Shown: positions 8,707 to 18,184, counted from the stretch's first letter. The stretch is 64,000 nt of DNA from an uncultured Bacteroides sp. (GCA_964601975.1 CAZRPW010000008.1:10979-74978), one strand, 5' to 3'. Notes: generated by a model not told the origin, from the sequence alone. Numbers and translations are program-made.

Positions 8707-9807
8707 TCAGGAATTTTTATTTCCCGATTTATACTTTTTCAAAATAATCGCGGCAGCCATAAAGGATGTGATTTTTCCTCCCACGATGGATTTTTCAATG
8801 TCTTCCAGTTCCTTCTGCATGTCAGGGTCGCTGAATACCTGCTCGAAGATTCCTTCCCGGATGGTTTCATTCATCCAGTACCTGGATTGTTCTCCACGTC
8901 GGGTGGAAAGATATCCGCTTCTGCTCACAAATTCGCGGTATTCCCTTACCATATCCCAAACCTCACTGATTCCTGTCTGGTAAAGGGATGAGCAGGTGCT
9001 GACCCTGGGAGTCCATCCGGAGTTGGAAGGAGGGAAGAGGTGCAGGGCATTTGCAAATTCGGCCTGGGCCCTTTGCGCTTTCTGAATGTTGTTTCCGTCG
9101 GCTTTATTGATCACGATTCCGTCGGCCATTTCCATGATTCCCCTTTTGATTCCCTGTAGCTCATCGCCTGCTCCGGCCAGCATGATCAGTAAGAAAAAAT
9201 CAACCATGCTGTGGACGGCGGTTTCGGACTGGCCCACGCCTACGGTTTCCACAAACAGATTGTCGAAGCCTGCTGCTTCACAGAGAATCATAGTCTCCCT
9301 TGTTTTCCGCGCCACACCTCCCAGGGTACCCCCGGAAGGAGAAGGCCTTATGTATGCCTCTTTTTTTCCGGAAAGCTCTTCCATCCGGGTTTTGTCACCC
9401 AGGATGCTTCCTTTGGATCTTTCACTACTGGGGTCAATGGCCAGCACCGCAAGTTTTCCGCCTTGGGCGATAATATGCAAGCCAAGGGCCTCGATAAAGG
9501 TGCTTTTCCCTGCACCCGGGACGCCTGTAATTCCTAATCGGAATGCTTTGCCGGAAAAGGGAAGACAGGCTGAAATGAGATTCTGGGCTTCCACCTGGTG
9601 CTTTGGGAGAGAACTTTCCACAAGGGTAATTGCCCTGCCCAGGGAGCTGATATCGCCAGAACGAATGCCTTCGAAAAGACCTGACACAGACTGATTTCCC
9701 CTGACTGCTTCTTTAAGGCGTTTTACAGCCTCCTTACTGACAGGATCGGGCTGAGTCACGCCTTCTGTTACTGAGAGGGCGGATTTTTTTTTGGAGGATT
9801 CGGTCAT
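8707..9807 (-). CDS. meaB: Methylmalonyl-CoA mutase-associated G3E GTPase MeaB/ArgK
   Basis: GVPGAGKST P-loop, NKAD motif, family-typical length. Confidence 0.85.
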   Translation of the reverse strand: MTESSKKKSALSVTEGVTQPDPVSKEAVKRLKEAVRGNQSVSGLFEGIRSGDISSLGRAITLVESSLPKHQVEAQNLISACLPFSGKAFRLGITGVPGAGKSTFIEALGLHIIAQGGKLAVLAIDPSSERSKGSILGDKTRMEELSGKKEAYIRPSPSGGTLGGVARKTRETMILCEAAGFDNLFVETVGVGQSETAVHSMVDFFLLIMLAGAGDELQGIKRGIMEMADGIVINKADGNNIQKAQRAQAEFANALHLFPPSNSGWTPRVSTCSSLYQTGISEVWDMVREYREFVSRSGYLSTRRGEQSRYWMNETIREGIFEQVFSDPDMQKELEDIEKSIVGGKITSFMAAAIILKKYKSGNKNS

Positions 9808-11882
9808 GAGTCAGGCTGACCGTATTTATTTCTGAAATACTCATAGGTAGCTATCTGTGACCTGATTTTCGGACCGGGGGTTGAAATCCGGTTATTTGTA
9901 TGATTTTCGTCAAGCTCACAGGCCTTTACATTGTCTGACAGCTGGATGTTCAGAATATCCAGAATCTCCTTTTTAGCATCAGGATCATATACCGGGAATA
10001 TACACTCCACGCGGCGTCTGAGGTTCCTTTTCATCCAGTCGGCCGAGCCCATGAAAATCTTGTGTTCTCCATTATTTAGGAAAACAAAGATCCTGGCATG
10101 TTCCAGGAATCTGTCCACGATCCTGATAACCCGGATGTTTTTGCTGTATTTCTTTCCTGGTTTAAGCGTACAGACTCCGCGAATAATCAGGTCGATTTTT
10201 ACGCCTGCTTCACTGGCCCTGTATAGCGCATCAACCATCTCTCCATCCTGAAGTCCGTTCATTTTCAGGAGAATATACCCGACGCCTCCCTTTCTTGAAA
10301 TCTCGATTTCTCTTTCAATCAGTTTCAGAAATTCCGGGATCATATTGAATACCGGAACCAGGATGTGTTTGAATCTTGGTTTATAGTTCTGGTTCTCCAG
10401 GTACTTGTAGAGGTTCTTGACATCCTTGAGGACTTCAGGATTTGCAGTTAAGAGCCCGTGGTCGCCATAGATCCTTGCTGTTTTTTCATTAAAGTTACCA
10501 GTGCCCAGGTATGCCTGGTCGCCATGCTTCGATCCTTTATTGCGGATTACCAGGGCAATCTTGGCGTGGACCTTCAGCTTGGGTATGCTGTATATAATTT
10601 GAATGCCAGCCTTGGTCATTTCAGTAGCCCATTTAAGGTTGGCCTCCTCATCGAACCTGGCTTTCAACTCGACAAAAACCGTAACTTTTTTTCCATTCTC
10701 AGCCGCATCAATCAGAGAGTTTACCACCACAGAGTGGTCAGAAACCCGGTATTGAGTGGTCTTAATCTCAATAACGGTGGGATCAGCTGCTGCCTCTCTC
10801 AGAAATCTAAGGTAGTGTTCAAAAGGCTGGTAGGGAACGCTAAGCAGGTAATCCATTTTGCTGATCATGGCAGCAATGGGTTTCTTCTGGTTGGAAAGTG
10901 AAGGGATGGGAATAGGGGGCAGATTTTCAATCTCCAACTCTGGATAGAGAGGATTTGGAAAGCCGAAAAAATCCCTGAAGTTATGCCTGCTTCCTCCCAT
11001 TACAAGCAGATTCCTGGAAATGCGAAATGAGCTCCTCAGATACTCCTGCAACTTGACGGGCATCTTGCGGTCATATTGAAAGCGGTTTGGCAGCCCCACC
11101 GAACGTACCGATCTGATCCTGTCAATGGCATCGATAAGGTCATCACCCTCATAATCGTCGTACTCCATGTCCGCGTCCCTCGTCAGTTTCAGGGAGTAGG
11201 AATTCAGAACCTTATAGCCGGGGAAGATGGCATCCATATGGCGCATAATTACATCCTCCAGGAACATAATGTAGTGTTTGTCCCCTTCACCCGGCAGTCC
11301 AACAAACCTCGGGAAGTTGTGGTCTGTGGGGACCTTTATAATTGCATATCTTTCCCTTCTTTCCTTTCCCCTGTTTTCGTGGCTTACCATCTCAATGGCC
11401 ATGTATGGGTGCCCGGTCTTCAGGAAGGGCCGGACCTTCCCTTTTACCAGGAGTATCGGCTGGATTGAGGTGATCAGGTCAGAGTAAAAAATATCCTTAA
11501 TGTATTTAAGCTGTTTTGGAGATAGCTTGTCTTTTTCGTCAACAACAATGATGTTGTTTTGCCTTAGTTCGGGGAGGATTTCCTGTTCAAAAATAAGGTG
11601 GAATATGGACTGCTGGTTGGTGACAATTTCATTGATTTGCCTGATAATCCCGGCCGGGTCGACTTCTCTGAAGTGGTCCTTTGGAAATTCTATCTCATGG
11701 CGCAACATATGCTTGTAATAACTCACTCTTACCTGGTAAAACTCTTCGGTATTATTCGAGTAGATTGCCAGGAACTTTATTCGCTCATAAAGAGGCAGGC
11801 TTTTGTCCATTGCCTCCTGAAGTACCCTGAAGTTGAAAGAGAGCCAGCTGATGTCTCTGTTGATGTATTCGTATTTTCCCAT
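9804..11882 (-). CDS. ppk1: Polyphosphate kinase 1
   Basis: N-terminal YINRDISWLSFNFRVLQEA signature, two PLD-like C-terminal domains, 692 aa. 4-nt overlap with meaB. Confidence 0.95.
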   Translation of the reverse strand: MGKYEYINRDISWLSFNFRVLQEAMDKSLPLYERIKFLAIYSNNTEEFYQVRVSYYKHMLRHEIEFPKDHFREVDPAGIIRQINEIVTNQQSIFHLIFEQEILPELRQNNIIVVDEKDKLSPKQLKYIKDIFYSDLITSIQPILLVKGKVRPFLKTGHPYMAIEMVSHENRGKERRERYAIIKVPTDHNFPRFVGLPGEGDKHYIMFLEDVIMRHMDAIFPGYKVLNSYSLKLTRDADMEYDDYEGDDLIDAIDRIRSVRSVGLPNRFQYDRKMPVKLQEYLRSSFRISRNLLVMGGSRHNFRDFFGFPNPLYPELEIENLPPIPIPSLSNQKKPIAAMISKMDYLLSVPYQPFEHYLRFLREAAADPTVIEIKTTQYRVSDHSVVVNSLIDAAENGKKVTVFVELKARFDEEANLKWATEMTKAGIQIIYSIPKLKVHAKIALVIRNKGSKHGDQAYLGTGNFNEKTARIYGDHGLLTANPEVLKDVKNLYKYLENQNYKPRFKHILVPVFNMIPEFLKLIEREIEISRKGGVGYILLKMNGLQDGEMVDALYRASEAGVKIDLIIRGVCTLKPGKKYSKNIRVIRIVDRFLEHARIFVFLNNGEHKIFMGSADWMKRNLRRRVECIFPVYDPDAKKEILDILNIQLSDNVKACELDENHTNNRISTPGPKIRSQIATYEYFRNKYGQPDS

Positions 11883-12017
11883 AGTTTAAGGATGATTTCC
11901 AAAGATAATCATAGTTTGGGAAAGCTACAATTCAGGCTTGAAGTGCTGCAAAACAGGGCTTCATGTTCGTTGCTTATGTCCCCGATTTTCTTTAATTTAG
12001 AGGAAAATCCCGACATA

Positions 12018-12455
12018 ATGGAAATATTATCTGATCCCGCAGTTGTCTGGTTCCTGATTGGACTGGGCCTGCTTTTGCTGGAACTTGTACTCCCCGGCCT
12101 TGTGATCATTTTTTTTGGTGCAGGAGCTTGGATAACAGCGCTGGCCTGTGTGCTGCATGATTTCACCCTGAACTGGCAAATCCTGATTTTCCTGGTGGCC
12201 TCTCTACTGGGCCTGGTATTGCTTCGGAAATACCTTAAACGGAAGTTCTTTGGGAAAAGAAGTGGAGAGGTTGATGACCAGTTGGAAGAGTTTATCGGCC
12301 GGAAGGCAAAGGCCCTTGAAGATTTTAGTGAAGGAATGGGCAAGGTTGAGTTCAAAGGTACGCATTGGACAGCCCGCTGTGAAGATCCGGTTGCCAAAAG
12401 CCAGTGGGTGACCATCGTGAGTAAGGATAGCCTTATCCTGAAAGTCAAACCCTGA
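12018..12455 (+). CDS. NfeD-family membrane protein
   Basis: Two or three TM helices, then a C-terminal OB-like GKVEFKGTHWTARCEDP...ILKVKP. The listed ORF 11598.. is an upstream extension that overlaps ppk1, so the start is set at MEILSDP (MSPIFF at 11976 is an alternative). Confidence 0.8.
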   Translation: MEILSDPAVVWFLIGLGLLLLELVLPGLVIIFFGAGAWITALACVLHDFTLNWQILIFLVASLLGLVLLRKYLKRKFFGKRSGEVDDQLEEFIGRKAKALEDFSEGMGKVEFKGTHWTARCEDPVAKSQWVTIVSKDSLILKVKP

Positions 12456-12465
12456 ATCAGTTCTC

Positions 12466-12513
12466 AGTAACTAATTAACTAGCTAATTACCTAACTAATT
12501 TACTACCTAACTA
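12466..12513 (+). repeat. Six tandem 8-mers nnTAACTA between the NfeD and SPFH genes
   Basis: agtaacta attaacta gctaatta cctaacta atttacta cctaacta. The array ends 2 nt before the ATG at 12516. Confidence 0.85.
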
Positions 12514-12515
12514 TC

Positions 12516-13442
12516 ATGGAAATGAATGCATTAACCCTCGTTTACATCGGCCTGATTTTACTGGCCCTTATTATTCTTTTGTCCTCCGTCAAAGTGGTGC
12601 CCCAGAGAAGTGCGTATATCGTTGAACGCCTTGGTAAATACCGTGTTACCCTGATGGCTGGTTTTAATGTCCTGGTTCCTTTTATTGACAGGATTCAATA
12701 CAGGCATACTTTGAAAGAGCAGGCCATTGATGTGGCTTCTCAGATCTGTATTACCCGCGATAACATTTCGGTTGAAGTAGACGGGATTCTGTACCTGCAG
12801 GTGATCGATCCTGCCAAGGCATCCTACGGGATTGATAATTATCAGTTTGCTTCAATACAGATCGCTCAGACTACGATGCGTAGTATTATCGGTAAGCTTG
12901 AGCTGGACAAAACTTTCGAGGAGCGCGAGACCATTAACAACAGCATCGTAGCAGCGGTTGATAAGGCGAGTGACCCCTGGGGTGTAAAGGTGTCCCGCTA
13001 TGAGGTTAAAAATATAATACCGCCACAGAGCATCAAGGATGCCATGGAGAAGCAGATGCGGGCTGAACGTGAAAAGAGGGCTGTGATTGCAGAATCAGAA
13101 GGTGAGAAGCAGGCCAAAATAAATGTGGCCGAGGGTTCCAAGCAGGAATTGATTGCCGAGTCAGAGGGCGAGATGCAAAAGCGGATCAATGAAGCCACAG
13201 GCCGGGCCTCTGAAATTGAACAGGTGGCCATTGCCACTGCCAATGGAATTCGGGCCATTGCGCTGGCCATCAACGAAGAGGGCGGTAAGGATGCTGTAAA
13301 TTTACGGATTGCCGAACAATACCTCAAAGAGTTTGGTAAGCTTGCCAAAGAATCCAATACCATGATCATGCCCACCAATCTGGCCGATATCTCAAGTGTG
13401 ATTGCCACTGCAACCAAGGTCTTTGATGCCTCCAGGAAGTAA
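12516..13442 (+). CDS. SPFH/band-7 (stomatin/paraslipin-like) protein
   Basis: N-terminal TM, an SPFH core, a coiled-coil AEREKRA...EGEKQA tail, and pairing with NfeD. Confidence 0.9.
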   Translation: MEMNALTLVYIGLILLALIILLSSVKVVPQRSAYIVERLGKYRVTLMAGFNVLVPFIDRIQYRHTLKEQAIDVASQICITRDNISVEVDGILYLQVIDPAKASYGIDNYQFASIQIAQTTMRSIIGKLELDKTFEERETINNSIVAAVDKASDPWGVKVSRYEVKNIIPPQSIKDAMEKQMRAEREKRAVIAESEGEKQAKINVAEGSKQELIAESEGEMQKRINEATGRASEIEQVAIATANGIRAIALAINEEGGKDAVNLRIAEQYLKEFGKLAKESNTMIMPTNLADISSVIATATKVFDASRK

Positions 13443-13462
13443 AGAATTCTAGGATTTGTTTT

Positions 13463-13494
13463 AAACCCACCTGACAACAGTTCGGGTGGGTTTT
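13463..13494 (+). terminator. Intrinsic terminator after the SPFH gene
   Basis: AAACCCACC...GGGTGGGTTTT hairpin. Confidence 0.65.
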
Positions 13495-13535
13495 GCATTG
13501 TATCTGTTTACAACTAGTGTTTGATTTTTATTTAT

Positions 13536-13560
13536 AATTATAAATATAGTTATACATTTG
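13536..13560 (+). promoter_or_regulatory. Promoter/operator-like motif AATTATAAATATAGTTATACATTTG (includes the -7 box TACATTTG)
   Basis: Shares ATTATAAATATAGTTrTA and AAAtAGTTATAyrTTTG with the blaI upstream region at 14861..14904. Confidence 0.4.
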
Positions 13561-13586
13561 CCCGATCATTAACAGAAACAGCGAAG

Positions 13587-14846
13587 TTGGAATTTTTAAA
13601 GCGTAACAGGCAGAGGGTATCCCTATTTATTCTTTCAGTGACCGGAATTCTTATTCTGATGGTATTGTTTACCAGGGGAATGAAGGGCGTTGAACCCGAT
13701 TTATCAACTCAGGTAAGCGAGGGATTACCAGATAAAGAAGTGGAGATAATCTTGTATGAAATGCCCTCGCTACCCCCATTGAAGGAATTTGTGTCATTTA
13801 TGGAGGCGGAACTGGATTCATCCTCTACCGTGGGTGCGGCATACACCTTTGTCCGATCTGGCAGGGTTGAGTACACAAGTACCTTTGGTGAACGAAAAAG
13901 GGGAGACGGCAGAGAGGTGGATGAACATACCCTTTTCAGACTGGCTTCGGTTTCAAAAGGATTTGCAGGAGCCCTTGCCTGCATGCTTGAGCAGGAGGGG
14001 GTTCTTTCCCTGGACGACCGGGTGGTCGATCGCTATCCGGGATTCAGACTAAAAAATCAGCTAAGTACCGATAGCATGACCATTAAGCATCTGCTCACTC
14101 ATACAACAGGTTTGGTTCCTTATGCTTTTGACAACCTTGTGGAAGCTGGCCAGGAATTGCCGGATATCGTTGATCGTCTGAATGAGGTGGATATCGCGGG
14201 TCCTCCTGGCAGCATTTACGGGTATCAGAATGTAACTTTCAGCATGTGGGATCCTATTGCACGGAGAGCCACCGGCACCCCATATCCGGTTTTGGTGGAT
14301 GAGATGATTTTTAAACCCCTGGGCATGATGGATGCTTCTGTGGGTGAAATAAGAGACACTTCAGATCTGAATATGGCCAGTCCCCATGTTCGTGGCAGGG
14401 GCGGATTTATTGCGCTTGAACCACACCAGGGTTATTATAATGTACTGCCAGCGGCCGGAGTGAATGCAAGTATTTCTGATATGGGACAGTGGCTCAGGGC
14501 GCTCCTGGGTTATCAGCCCACTGTTTTTCCTGATACCATTTGTAAAACCCTCGCCGAACCTTTGATTTATACGCCACTTAAATACAGGTATACCCGCAAC
14601 TGGCAACCTTTCAAAGAGCGATACTATAGTCTGGGATGGAGGATTTATAAATACAGGGGGCGGACAATCATATACCATGGTGGCTATATCCAAGGCTACC
14701 GGGCCGAGATCGGTTTTTGTCCGGCCGAAGACATTGGGGTTGCATTCTTGCAGAACTCTCCCAACAGTCTTGCTGCAAAAGTGGTTCCCCGTTTCTTTGA
14801 TCTGTATTTTGATCACCAGGATGCATTACAGGCTCATGAAGACTAA
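13587..14846 (+). CDS. Class-C beta-lactamase-related serine hydrolase (membrane-anchored)
   Basis: S-x-x-K (SVSKGF), YxN-like GYQN, N-terminal TM anchor. The start is uncertain. The listed TTG at 13521 overlaps the promoter-like motif, and the in-frame TTG at 13587 precedes the TM segment. Confidence 0.75.
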   Translation: MEFLKRNRQRVSLFILSVTGILILMVLFTRGMKGVEPDLSTQVSEGLPDKEVEIILYEMPSLPPLKEFVSFMEAELDSSSTVGAAYTFVRSGRVEYTSTFGERKRGDGREVDEHTLFRLASVSKGFAGALACMLEQEGVLSLDDRVVDRYPGFRLKNQLSTDSMTIKHLLTHTTGLVPYAFDNLVEAGQELPDIVDRLNEVDIAGPPGSIYGYQNVTFSMWDPIARRATGTPYPVLVDEMIFKPLGMMDASVGEIRDTSDLNMASPHVRGRGGFIALEPHQGYYNVLPAAGVNASISDMGQWLRALLGYQPTVFPDTICKTLAEPLIYTPLKYRYTRNWQPFKERYYSLGWRIYKYRGRTIIYHGGYIQGYRAEIGFCPAEDIGVAFLQNSPNSLAAKVVPRFFDLYFDHQDALQAHED

Positions 14847-14860
14847 GGTGAAGTTATATT

Positions 14861-14904
14861 ATTATAAATATAGTTGTATTACTACAAAAATAGTTATATG
14901 TTTG
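14861..14904 (+). promoter_or_regulatory. Promoter/operator-like region of the blaI-blaR1-like operon
   Basis: ATTATAAATATAGTTGTA, the dyad TTGTA-ttac-TACAA, and the -7 box TATGTTTG ending 5 nt before the ATG (a possibly leaderless mRNA). Confidence 0.4.
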
Positions 14905-14908
14905 TCGT

Positions 14909-15289
14909 ATGAAGGAATTGACAAAGGCAGAACAACAAGTAATGCATCACATCTGGGAGCTGAAGAAGAGCTTCCTGAAGGATATTGTTGAAGCATTCCC
15001 GGAGCCCCGACCCGCCTATACCACCATATCAACGGTGATCAGGGTCCTGGTTAAGAAGGGTTTTGTGGGATACAATACCTATGGAAAGATCCATGAATAT
15101 TTTGCGAAAATCTCACAACAGGCTTATTTCAGGATTCACGTAAAATCATTGATTAACAATCATTTTGACGGGTCAGTGGTCAGCTTTGCTTCATTCTTTA
15201 CCGGTGATGAAGCAATGGATCTGGGCGAACTGGAGGAGATTAAACAGTTGATAGATCAGAAAATTGACGCTCTTAAAGCAAATCAGTGA
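14909..15289 (+). CDS. BlaI/MecI/CopY-family transcriptional repressor
   Basis: Winged-helix N-terminus (LTKAEQQVMHHIW...AYTTISTVIRVLVKKGFV), about 125 aa, 4-nt overlap with the downstream M56 gene. Confidence 0.85.
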   Translation: MKELTKAEQQVMHHIWELKKSFLKDIVEAFPEPRPAYTTISTVIRVLVKKGFVGYNTYGKIHEYFAKISQQAYFRIHVKSLINNHFDGSVVSFASFFTGDEAMDLGELEEIKQLIDQKIDALKANQ

Positions 15290-16620
15290 TGGCTTATTCG
15301 GAATATATACTGAAGGTCAATCTTGTTATTATGGCGGGTTGGCTGCTTTACAGGCTTGCTTTCAGGCGTCTTACATTCTTTCAATGGAACCGCTTTTATC
15401 TGCTCGGTTCCGTTGTACTCTCTTTTATTCTGCCGCTGCTCAGGCTTCCCCGGGGAAGCCGAATGGCTGCAGTAGATCTTGGTGGAATTGAATGGGAATA
15501 TGTGGATCAACTGATAAAGTCTCCGGCGCCTTTATTGCCGGAGAGTGCCGGGATATCCTCACATCTTTTGTTTTTTGGTATTTACCTTGCCGGAATCATC
15601 GTAATGCTTGTTCTGTTTTTTTGGAAGTTCCTGAAAATCAAGAGACAGACCAGGGGTGCGGAACTGCTGTATAATGATGGGATTAAGGTATTTGTGCACG
15701 ATGGGAAAAATGGTTCCTTTACCCTTTTGAGGAGGGTATACCTGGACCGTTATACCTGGGAAAACAAGCTGAGTTATGTCTGCAGGCATGAGATGATTCA
15801 CGCATCCGAGTTCCACTTTTTTGATCTGGTATTCATGTCATTCGTTGGTGTTTTATTATGGTTCAACCCCTTTGTCTTTCTTCTTCTGCGATCGGTCAGG
15901 GAAAATCATGAATACCTCGCAGATGATCACTCCTGTAGAGAGCCAGGAGCCCTTACCGGGTACCTGGCCTGTTTACGGGATGAAACCATCCGGAGGTATT
16001 CCCCTGCAATTGAGAGCTATTTTAAAAGTTCAACCATTAAAAAACGAATAATCATGTTAACAAATCACCATAGCAAAAGCCACAAAAGATGGCTATACCT
16101 TAGTACATTACCGGTTGTCGCACTGATTCTGCTGGCCTTCCAGGCTCCGGTTGACCAGGGTGTTTTTACACCGGTGAGGGTCCTGGATGCAAAACCCGGA
16201 ATTACATCAAGTTTGTCGGGTGAGATTCCTTCACTGTTTCCCCTTCCTGATCAATACAGGGAGAAGGTTACCTGGGGCTATCATGTAAAGGCGATCAATC
16301 CGATCACCAAAAAGGAAACCCTTCATGAGGGTGTTGATATTGGTGCGCCCATGGGTACATCTGTATATGCCGCTGCCGGCGGTATTGTAAAGAAGGCCGA
16401 ATTACTCGAAGGGTGGGGTAATCTGCTGGTTATTGAACACAGCGAGGGCTATTCAACTTTTTATGCCCACCTGGAGGGATTCAGAGTAAAGGCGGGTGAA
16501 AGTGTGAAGAAAGGGCAGGAGGTTGCTACTGTAGGCAGCACGGGCAGATCCACAGGCCCTCACCTTCATTATGAGATTAGAAAAGAGGGAACTCAAGTGA
16601 ATCCTGCAGATTATTATTAA
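15286..16620 (+). CDS. BlaR1-like M56 membrane metalloprotease fused to a C-terminal M23 (LytM-type) peptidase domain
   Basis: HEMIHA (HExxH) with flanking TM helices. C-terminal HEGVDIGAP...GPHLHYEIR (HxxxD / HxH of M23). Confidence 0.8.
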   Translation: MMAYSEYILKVNLVIMAGWLLYRLAFRRLTFFQWNRFYLLGSVVLSFILPLLRLPRGSRMAAVDLGGIEWEYVDQLIKSPAPLLPESAGISSHLLFFGIYLAGIIVMLVLFFWKFLKIKRQTRGAELLYNDGIKVFVHDGKNGSFTLLRRVYLDRYTWENKLSYVCRHEMIHASEFHFFDLVFMSFVGVLLWFNPFVFLLLRSVRENHEYLADDHSCREPGALTGYLACLRDETIRRYSPAIESYFKSSTIKKRIIMLTNHHSKSHKRWLYLSTLPVVALILLAFQAPVDQGVFTPVRVLDAKPGITSSLSGEIPSLFPLPDQYREKVTWGYHVKAINPITKKETLHEGVDIGAPMGTSVYAAAGGIVKKAELLEGWGNLLVIEHSEGYSTFYAHLEGFRVKAGESVKKGQEVATVGSTGRSTGPHLHYEIRKEGTQVNPADYY

Positions 16621-16696
16621 TTCCTGTAAACCCTTCTTTGTTTTGCTTGTTATATTCACGTAAATTCGTGAATTCATACAAAAAATTACAAGCAGA

Positions 16697-18088
16697 ATGA
16701 ACTTTGATCTGATCGTTATTGGCAGTGGCCCCGGGGGTTACGTGGCTGCAATACGGGCTTCACAGCTTGGATTGAAAACAGCAGTTGTTGAACGTGAATC
16801 CCTTGGGGGCATCTGTCTCAACTGGGGTTGCATCCCTACCAAGTCCCTTTTAAAAAGTGCCCAGGTATATGAGTATTTCCTTCATGCTGCCGATTATGGC
16901 ATTAAGCTGGATGGTTCTGTCGCTCCCGACTTTGAAAAAGTTGTGGAACGGAGCCGTACCGTGGCCAATGGAATGAGTAAGGGGATTGAATTTCTGTTCA
17001 AGAAAAACAAGATTGAAGTGATAAAGGGTAGCGGTAAGCTGAAGTCGCCCGGTATTGTGACAGTGACTGCTGAAGATGGAAAAGAGACTGAGGTGAAAGC
17101 TGCTCACATTATTCTTGCCACTGGAGCCCGTTCCAAGGAGTTGCCCAATCTAAAACAGGATGGAAAAAAAATTATCGGATACCGTCAGGCCATGACGCTT
17201 CCAAAGCTGCCGGAGACGATGGTGGTGGTTGGCTCAGGAGCCATAGGAAGTGAATTTGCGAATTTTTACTCTACAATGGGTACCAAGGTCACCCTGGTAG
17301 AGTTCTTGCCAAACGTGGTTCCGGTCGAAGATGAAGAGGTCAGCAAGCAGCTTGAACGTTCATTCAAGAAGGCCAAAATGATTGTGATGACCTCCTCTTC
17401 AGTGGAGTCTGTTGATACTTCCGGTAAACTCTGCCAGGTGAAGATCAAAACTCCCAAGGGCGAGGTTGAGATAGAAGCAGAGATTGTTCTTTCTGCCGTG
17501 GGGGTTACTCCGAATATAGAAAACATTGGCCTGGAAGAGCTGAAGATTGAAATGGACAAAGGCAAGGTGAAGGTGGATGATTATTACCGCACCAATGTAA
17601 ATGGGGTATACGCCATCGGAGATATTGTGGGTGGTCCTGCACTGGCCCACGTGGCATCGGCCGAGGGGATTACCTGCGTTGAAAAAATTGCCGGGCATAC
17701 TCCTCAGCCTGTGGATTATTCCAATATTCCAGGATGCACCTATACCAGTCCTGAAGTTGCTTCTGTGGGAATGACTGAAAAAGCAGCCAAAGAGGCAGGT
17801 TATGAACTGAAGGTTGGAAAATTTCCTTTTACAGCCTCCGGAAAGGCTGCTGCCGCAGGCGCCAAAGATGGTTTTGTGAAACTCATCTTTGACGCAAAAT
17901 ACGGAGAGCTGCTGGGTGCGCATATGATCGGGGCCAACGTAACCGAAATGATCGCTGAATTGGTCGTTGCCCGTAAACTGGAGACCACCGGCGAGGAGAT
18001 CATCAAAGCCATACATCCTCACCCCACCATGTCGGAAGCTATCATGGAAGCCGCCGCAGCTGCCTACGGGGAAGTGATTCATATTTAA
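16697..18088 (+). CDS. lpdA: Dihydrolipoyl dehydrogenase
   Basis: GSGPGGY FAD motif, redox-active CLNWGCIPTK, C-terminal HPHPTMSE. Confidence 0.95.
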   Translation: MNFDLIVIGSGPGGYVAAIRASQLGLKTAVVERESLGGICLNWGCIPTKSLLKSAQVYEYFLHAADYGIKLDGSVAPDFEKVVERSRTVANGMSKGIEFLFKKNKIEVIKGSGKLKSPGIVTVTAEDGKETEVKAAHIILATGARSKELPNLKQDGKKIIGYRQAMTLPKLPETMVVVGSGAIGSEFANFYSTMGTKVTLVEFLPNVVPVEDEEVSKQLERSFKKAKMIVMTSSSVESVDTSGKLCQVKIKTPKGEVEIEAEIVLSAVGVTPNIENIGLEELKIEMDKGKVKVDDYYRTNVNGVYAIGDIVGGPALAHVASAEGITCVEKIAGHTPQPVDYSNIPGCTYTSPEVASVGMTEKAAKEAGYELKVGKFPFTASGKAAAAGAKDGFVKLIFDAKYGELLGAHMIGANVTEMIAELVVARKLETTGEEIIKAIHPHPTMSEAIMEAAAAAYGEVIHI

Positions 18089-18114
18089 AAGCCAGGGCTT
18101 TTAAATATGGTGAT

Positions 18115-18184
18115 TGTAAAGTCTGTAAAGTCTGTAAAGTCTATAAAGTCTATAAAGTCTGTAAAGTCTGTAAAGTCTGTAAAG
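18115..18184 (+). repeat. Tandem array of about 8 x TGTAAAGTC / TATAAAGTC
   Basis: Same 9-mer (a cyclic permutation of AAGTCTGTA) as at 7498..7548. It lies 3' of lpdA. Confidence 0.9.

Noticed and set aside
11598-12017. An N-terminal 140-aa extension of the NfeD ORF, and the antisense ORF 11909..12448.
   Set aside because: The extension overlaps the 5' end of ppk1 on the opposite strand and has no NfeD-like or membrane character. NfeD-like sequence begins at MEILSDP (12018).
13521-13586. The TTG start at 13521 for the serine hydrolase.
   Set aside because: The first 22 codons (MIFIYNYKYSYTF...) are the AT-rich promoter-like motif that ends in a -7 box at 13553..13560. An in-frame TTG at 13587 precedes the TM anchor. 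The true start remains uncertain.
16651-16663. The 13-nt string TATATTCACGTAA is shared between the lpdA upstream region (within the dyad ATTCACG-taaatt-CGTGAAT, 16654..16673) and 46749..46761.
   Set aside because: A 13-mer match is expected by chance many times in 64 kb of two-stranded AT-rich DNA (order of tens of pairs). This gives no support for a shared regulator. The dyad upstream of lpdA may still be an operator.
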